Shown piece by piece: positions 59,889-64,000 of a stretch of 64,000 bases of DNA; position 1 is the first letter of the stretch, and every line of letters starts with the position of its first letter. A program made the translations under genes and the position numbers. The notes under the pieces are model-generated. The model did no database searches and had not been told where the DNA came from. It worked only from the letters and a program-made list of their open reading frames with translations. The DNA lies in the NCBI GenBank assembly GCA_947085095.1, contig CAMTVD010000022.1, forward strand, positions 49,237-113,236, in the 5' to 3' direction. The DNA comes from an uncultured Thermus sp. (lineage in GTDB: Bacteria; Deinococcota; Deinococci; Deinococcales; Thermaceae).

Positions 59889-61742
59889 ATGGAGGGAACG
59901 CTTCTAGAACACCTTTATCGGCACGCCGGGGAGCGCCCCAATGCGTCCGCTTTGCGGGTGAAGCGGCTTGGCGTTTGGCAGAAGACCTCCTGGCGGGACC
60001 TCCTGGACCGGGTTTTGCGCCTTGCCGGAGGGCTTTCTGCCTTGGGCCTTAAGGAAGGGGAGGTCCTGGCCATCCTGGGCCACAACGCCCCGGAGTGGGT
60101 GGAGGCCGAGCTTGCCGCCCAGACCCTGGGGGCTTTCCCCATGGGCATCTACGCCGATGCCATGCCCGAGGAGGTGGGCTACTTCCTGGAGTTCACCGGG
60201 GCCAAAGGCATCGTGGTCTCCGACGAGGAGCAGCTGGACAAGGTCTACCCTCATCTCCACCTCGTGGACTTCGTCCTGGTCTGGGAAGAGGCGGGGATGA
60301 GCCGTCACTTTGGGGGTAAGGTGCGCCGCTATAGCCAGGCCTTCGGGGACCGAGGGGTAGGGGAGGAGGCCGTAAAAAAGCGGCGCCCTGAGGAGACCGC
60401 CCTCCTCGCCCCCACCTCGGGGACCACGGGGCGGAGCAAGCTGGCCATGCTTTCCCACGCCAACCTTCTGGCGGGGCACAGGGCCGTGGGCCAGGCCCTG
60501 GGTTTCCAGAAGGGGGCCTGGGTTTTCAGCTACCTGCCCCTCCCCTGGATTGGGGAGCAGATGCTTACCGTGGTCCAGAGCCTGGTGGAGGGCTCCACCG
60601 TCCACTTCCCCGAGGACCCCACCACCCTGAGGGAGGACCTCAAGGAGGTGCAACCCGACTTCTTCCTGGCCCCCCCCAGGCTTTGGGAGGACATGGCCAG
60701 CCTCATCCAAAGCCGTATGGCGGACGCCGACTTCCTCAAGGCCTTCTTCTACCGGATGGGAATGGGGGCCCTCCTGGAGGGGGCAAACCGGGAGTTCCGC
60801 GGGGAGAGGGTGGGCTTTTGGCTCAACCTGAAGCGGGCCCTCTTCTACCCCCTCATCGCCAGGCCCCTCCGTGCCCGGCTGGGGCTTGCCGCCTGCCGCA
60901 TCGCCGTGACCGGGGGGGCACCTTTGGGCCCTGAGGTCTTCACCTTCTTCCGCGCCCTTGGTCTGGACATCCGCCAGGTCTACGGCCAGTCGGAGACCGC
61001 CGCCGCCACCACCGCCCACACCACCGGAGACGCTCCTCCCGAGACCGTGGGCCCGCCTCTTCCAGGGACCGAGGTGCGCCTCAGCGAGGAGGGGGAGATC
61101 CAGGTGAGGGGCCCTCAGGTCTTTCAGGGCTACTTCAGGCAGGAGGCGGCCACCCAGGAGAGCTTCACCCAGGACGGCTTCTTCCGCACCGGGGACGCGG
61201 GCTTCTTTGACGAGCGGGGGCACCTGGTCATCCTGGGTCGGGTGAAGGAGGTGGGGGCCCTGCAGGATGGCACCCGCTTCGCCCCGCAGTTCCTGGAAAA
61301 CCGCCTCAAGTACTCCCCCTACATCCGCGAGGCCGTGGTCATGGGTCACGGTAAGCCCTTCGTCACCGCCCTTATTGAGCTGGACCCGGAAAACGTGCAG
61401 AACTGGGCCCGCAAGCGGGGCCTGCCCTTCACCACCTACCTTTCCCTCACGGAGCGCCCCGAGGTGCGCGCCCTCATCGCCGAGGAGATCCGCATGGTGA
61501 ACCAGACCCTGCCCGAGAAGCTCAAGATCCGCCGCTTCGCCATCCTGCCCAAGGAGCTCCACCCCGACGACGAGGAGATCACCCGCACCCGCAAGGTCCG
61601 CCGCCAGGTGGTGGAGTCCCGCTACGGCCCGGTGATCCAGGCCCTATACGGGCAGGGAGGGCAGGTGGAGGTGGTCCTCCCCATCCGCTACCTGGAGGGG
61701 GAGGGGAGGCTGGAGGCCACCCTCGAGGTCCAGGAGGTGTAG
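59889..61742 (+). CDS. Long-chain acyl-CoA synthetase (AMP-binding, FadD-like)
   Basis: TSGTTGRSK, YLPLPW, QVYGQSE, FRTGDAG, GRVKE, EITRTRKVRR. Confidence 0.9.
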   Translation: MEGTLLEHLYRHAGERPNASALRVKRLGVWQKTSWRDLLDRVLRLAGGLSALGLKEGEVLAILGHNAPEWVEAELAAQTLGAFPMGIYADAMPEEVGYFLEFTGAKGIVVSDEEQLDKVYPHLHLVDFVLVWEEAGMSRHFGGKVRRYSQAFGDRGVGEEAVKKRRPEETALLAPTSGTTGRSKLAMLSHANLLAGHRAVGQALGFQKGAWVFSYLPLPWIGEQMLTVVQSLVEGSTVHFPEDPTTLREDLKEVQPDFFLAPPRLWEDMASLIQSRMADADFLKAFFYRMGMGALLEGANREFRGERVGFWLNLKRALFYPLIARPLRARLGLAACRIAVTGGAPLGPEVFTFFRALGLDIRQVYGQSETAAATTAHTTGDAPPETVGPPLPGTEVRLSEEGEIQVRGPQVFQGYFRQEAATQESFTQDGFFRTGDAGFFDERGHLVILGRVKEVGALQDGTRFAPQFLENRLKYSPYIREAVVMGHGKPFVTALIELDPENVQNWARKRGLPFTTYLSLTERPEVRALIAEEIRMVNQTLPEKLKIRRFAILPKELHPDDEEITRTRKVRRQVVESRYGPVIQALYGQGGQVEVVLPIRYLEGEGRLEATLEVQEV

Positions 61743-61743
61743 C

Positions 61744-62811
61744 GTGTACATCCTTGCCAAACGCCTTACCGATGCCTTCAGCCGCCGCTATGCCCGGAGC
61801 GTGCGGGAGACCTATCGGGAGGACGAGGCCTACGCCAGCACCCCTCTGGGAAGGCTTGGCCTCTACGCCCTCCTCCTTCTCCTCCTCTTCCTACCCTTCC
61901 TTCTGGGTCCTTACCCCATGTACGTGGCCACCCTGGTGGCCATCGGCGCCCTCTCTGCTCTGGGCCTCCACCTCCTGGTGGGCGGGGCCGGGCAGATCTC
62001 CCTGGGGCACGCTGCCTTCATGGGGGTGGGGGCCTATGCTGCTAGCCACCTCATGGGGCCCTTGGCGCCCCTTGGCATTCTCTTAGGTGGGGGCATCGCC
62101 GCCTTTTTGGGCCTGCTTCTGGGCCTTCCCTCCCTGCGCATCAAGGGGGTGTATCTCGCCATCGCCACCCTGGCCTTCCAGTTCTTGGCGGACTATGTGT
62201 TCAAGAACTGGGAGGCGGTCACCGGGGGGATTCGGGGTCGTACCCTGGCCCCGGCGGAACTCTTCGGCATCCCCTTGGACTCCCCGGAAAGGCTCTGGTA
62301 CCTGGTCCTCCTCTTCCTTCTACCCCTTTTCTTTTACGGCAAGCGCCTCCTCATGACCCGGGCGGGGCGGGCCTTTATGGCGGTGCGGGACAACGACCTC
62401 TCCGCCCGGGTGGCGGGGGTGGACCTCACGCGGGTGAAGCTTTTGGCCTTCGCCCTATCGGCTTTTTACGCCGGAGTGGCGGGGGGGCTATTGGCCCAGC
62501 TCTACAAGGCCGTGACCCCGGAGTACTTCCCCTTTACCGTCAGCATTCAGTACCTGGCCATGGTCATCGTGGGCGGGGCGGGGACGGTTCTTGGGGCGGT
62601 CCTTGGTGCCTTCTTCGTCCTCCTCATCCCCGAGATCCTGAATAGCTACGTGGGGGCCCTGGGGCCCCAGTACGCCGCGGCCCTGGCCGCCTGGCGCAAC
62701 GTCATCTTTGGTCTCCTGATCCTGGCCTTCTTGATCCTCGAGCCCCTGGGGCTGGTGGGGCTTTGGGGACGGGTGCGCAACTACTTCCGCACCTGGCCCT
62801 TACCCTACTGA
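61744..62811 (+). CDS. LivM-like ABC permease
   Basis: GQISLGHAAF, GVYLAIATLA, GRAFMAVRDN, MVIVGGAG, EPLGLVG. Confidence 0.92.
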   Translation: MYILAKRLTDAFSRRYARSVRETYREDEAYASTPLGRLGLYALLLLLLFLPFLLGPYPMYVATLVAIGALSALGLHLLVGGAGQISLGHAAFMGVGAYAASHLMGPLAPLGILLGGGIAAFLGLLLGLPSLRIKGVYLAIATLAFQFLADYVFKNWEAVTGGIRGRTLAPAELFGIPLDSPERLWYLVLLFLLPLFFYGKRLLMTRAGRAFMAVRDNDLSARVAGVDLTRVKLLAFALSAFYAGVAGGLLAQLYKAVTPEYFPFTVSIQYLAMVIVGGAGTVLGAVLGAFFVLLIPEILNSYVGALGPQYAAALAAWRNVIFGLLILAFLILEPLGLVGLWGRVRNYFRTWPLPY

Positions 62812-62825
62812 AGCTTCTTGTTGCG

Positions 62826-62854
62826 GAAGGGGAACCGGCGGGTTCCCCTTCTTC
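62826..62854. terminator. Hairpin after the Liv-like operon
   Basis: GAAGGGGAACC-ggcg-GGTTCCCCTTC followed by TTC. Confidence 0.65.
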
Positions 62855-62953
62855 ACATGCGGCTGGGGACTGGGTGAGGAGTGCCCCATCAAAAAGCGCT
62901 TTAACACAGTTTTCACAACCTTACCCCTAGGATGTATGCGGGAGGTGAGAACC

Positions 62954-63451
62954 TTGAGAAACCGCAAACCGTTGACCCTTTTCCTGAGCCTCCTCGTGGC
63001 CCTGGGTTTGGCCCTGGCCCAGGCCCTACTCCTGGACCTAAAGGCCCAGAGGGTGGTGGTCAAGGAGGGCAAGGAGGTCTTGGAAGAGGCCCTGGCGGTG
63101 GTCCCCGGGGATCTCCTGGAGTGGCGGCTTTTGGCGGAAAACCGGGGCAGGGAGACCTTGCGCCAGGTGGCCCTGGTCATCCCCATCCCCAAGGAGACCT
63201 TCTACCTGGATGGGACGGCAGCCCCTTTGAGGCTAGGTAACGTCACCATCCGCCCGGAGTTCAGCTTTGACGGGGGGAGGACCTATGGGCTTCCGCCCCT
63301 GAAGAAGCGGGTCCGGGTGGTGGAAAACGGAAGGGAGGTGGAAAAGGAGGTAGAGGTAGATCCCAAGGAGTACACCCACGCCCGGTGGGTTTTGCCTGAG
63401 CTCAGGCCTGGCCAGAAGGTAGAGGTCCGCTTGCGGACCCAGGTTAAGTAA
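62954..63451 (+). CDS. Secreted DUF11-like (conserved-repeat/Ig-like) single-domain protein
   Basis: SD GGAGGTGA then TTG 62954; signal ALA|Q; PGDLLEWRLLAENRG, IPIP..TFYL.GT, FSFDGG, RWVLPELRPGQ motifs. Confidence 0.7.
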   Translation: MRNRKPLTLFLSLLVALGLALAQALLLDLKAQRVVVKEGKEVLEEALAVVPGDLLEWRLLAENRGRETLRQVALVIPIPKETFYLDGTAAPLRLGNVTIRPEFSFDGGRTYGLPPLKKRVRVVENGREVEKEVEVDPKEYTHARWVLPELRPGQKVEVRLRTQVK

Positions 63452-63470
63452 TAAGTAAGAGGAAATAGAT

Positions 63471-63864
63471 ATGCCGCAAAAGTCCAAAAGCTTCTTGCAG
63501 AGGGTTCTCTTGGGGCTTGGCCTGGCCTTGCTGGCCATGGGTATGGCCTGGGCCATGACGCCCGCGGGGACCCAGATCCAGAACCAGGCTTCCGCCAGCT
63601 ACATTGACTCGGCGGGCCAGCCCCGCACCACCACCTCCAACCTGGTGGCCACGGTGGTGCAGCAGGTTTACGCCTTTACCATCACCCCAGACGGTACGGA
63701 GGGCGTTCCTGGCCAGACCAAGACCGCCCTCCCTGGTGGCCAGGTGGTCTTCAACTACGTTGTCAAGAACAACGGCAACGGGACCGACACGATTAACCTG
63801 ACCACCGCCCAGGGCTCCATGGATAACGTTGACCTGGGCAGCCCCCGCATTTACCTGGACGCTA
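63471..63864 (+). pseudogene. Secreted DUF11-like surface protein, interrupted by an IS after ...IYLDA
   Basis: Signal AWA|M; TPAGTQIQNQASASY...SNLV, PGGQVVFNYVVKNNGNGTDT; frame runs into IS sequence at the TA 63863-63864. Confidence 0.7.
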
Positions 63865-64000
63865 AGTGCCAACCCCTTATCATGTCAACATGGCAGCCCC
63901 TCTTCAGATCCAGCTGACCCCTGAGGAGGACCGGCTCCTGCTGGAACTCTCCCTGGACCCGAAGACCCACAAGAAAACCCGCCTCTGGGCCGCCATGGTC
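63863..64000 (+). mobile_element. IS630-family insertion sequence, left end and transposase N-terminus (truncated by window)
   Basis: Abrupt junction at TA (gc-TA-AGTGCC); ORF from ATG 63890 MAAPLQIQLTPEEDRLLLELSLDPKTHKKTRLWAAMV resembles IS630 N-termini; TATCAT 6 nt before ATG. Confidence 0.75.

Noticed and set aside
36586..62915. Shared 11-mer TGAAAACTGTG upstream of mrp (+) and upstream of the DUF11 locus (-), the latter within a CRP-like half-site TTGTGA
   Set aside because: Unrelated genes, only one good half-site, and chance occurrence cannot be excluded
62812..62953. Possible c-di-GMP or other riboswitch upstream of the DUF11-like genes
   Set aside because: Hairpins are explained by a terminator and a weak GGGG/CCCC stem; no recognisable aptamer consensus

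Overview
A GC-rich (visually ~65-70%), gene-dense chromosomal segment from a Thermus species, judged by close resemblance of ValS, RecJ, TrpC, PrmA, the quinone oxidoreductase, the glucose-binding protein and the TAXI protein to T. thermophilus proteins as I remember them (no search was run). About 60 CDSs are present. Housekeeping genes include purH, dtd, serA, trkAH, glgP, trpC, hisA, recJ, valS, mrp, prmA, rsmE, ltaE, mntR and ggt. Transporters include a BMP binding protein, a polar amino-acid ABC interleaved with a TAXI-TRAP, a glucose-type ABC with a ROK repressor, BtuFCD behind a cobalamin riboswitch, and a Liv-like ABC with an embedded acyl-CoA ligase. There is also a PIN / excisionase-HTH / patatin module, a frameshifted Uma2 pseudogene, and an IS630-like element at the right edge that interrupts a secreted DUF11-like protein. 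No rRNA, tRNA or CRISPR array was seen. Best candidates for undescribed systems: (1) a MarR-controlled LolCDE-like ABC + LolA-like carrier + predicted outer-membrane beta-barrel; (2) a two-gene secreted DUF11-like module whose proteins look like complementary halves of an Ig-like domain (possible donor-strand or isopeptide fibre); (3) a motif-less DegV/FakB paralogue divergent from a putative fatty-acid ABC/acyl-CoA-ligase operon. Many genes appear leaderless (TANNNT 6-8 nt before the start codon), including divergent pairs that share overlapping -10 boxes.
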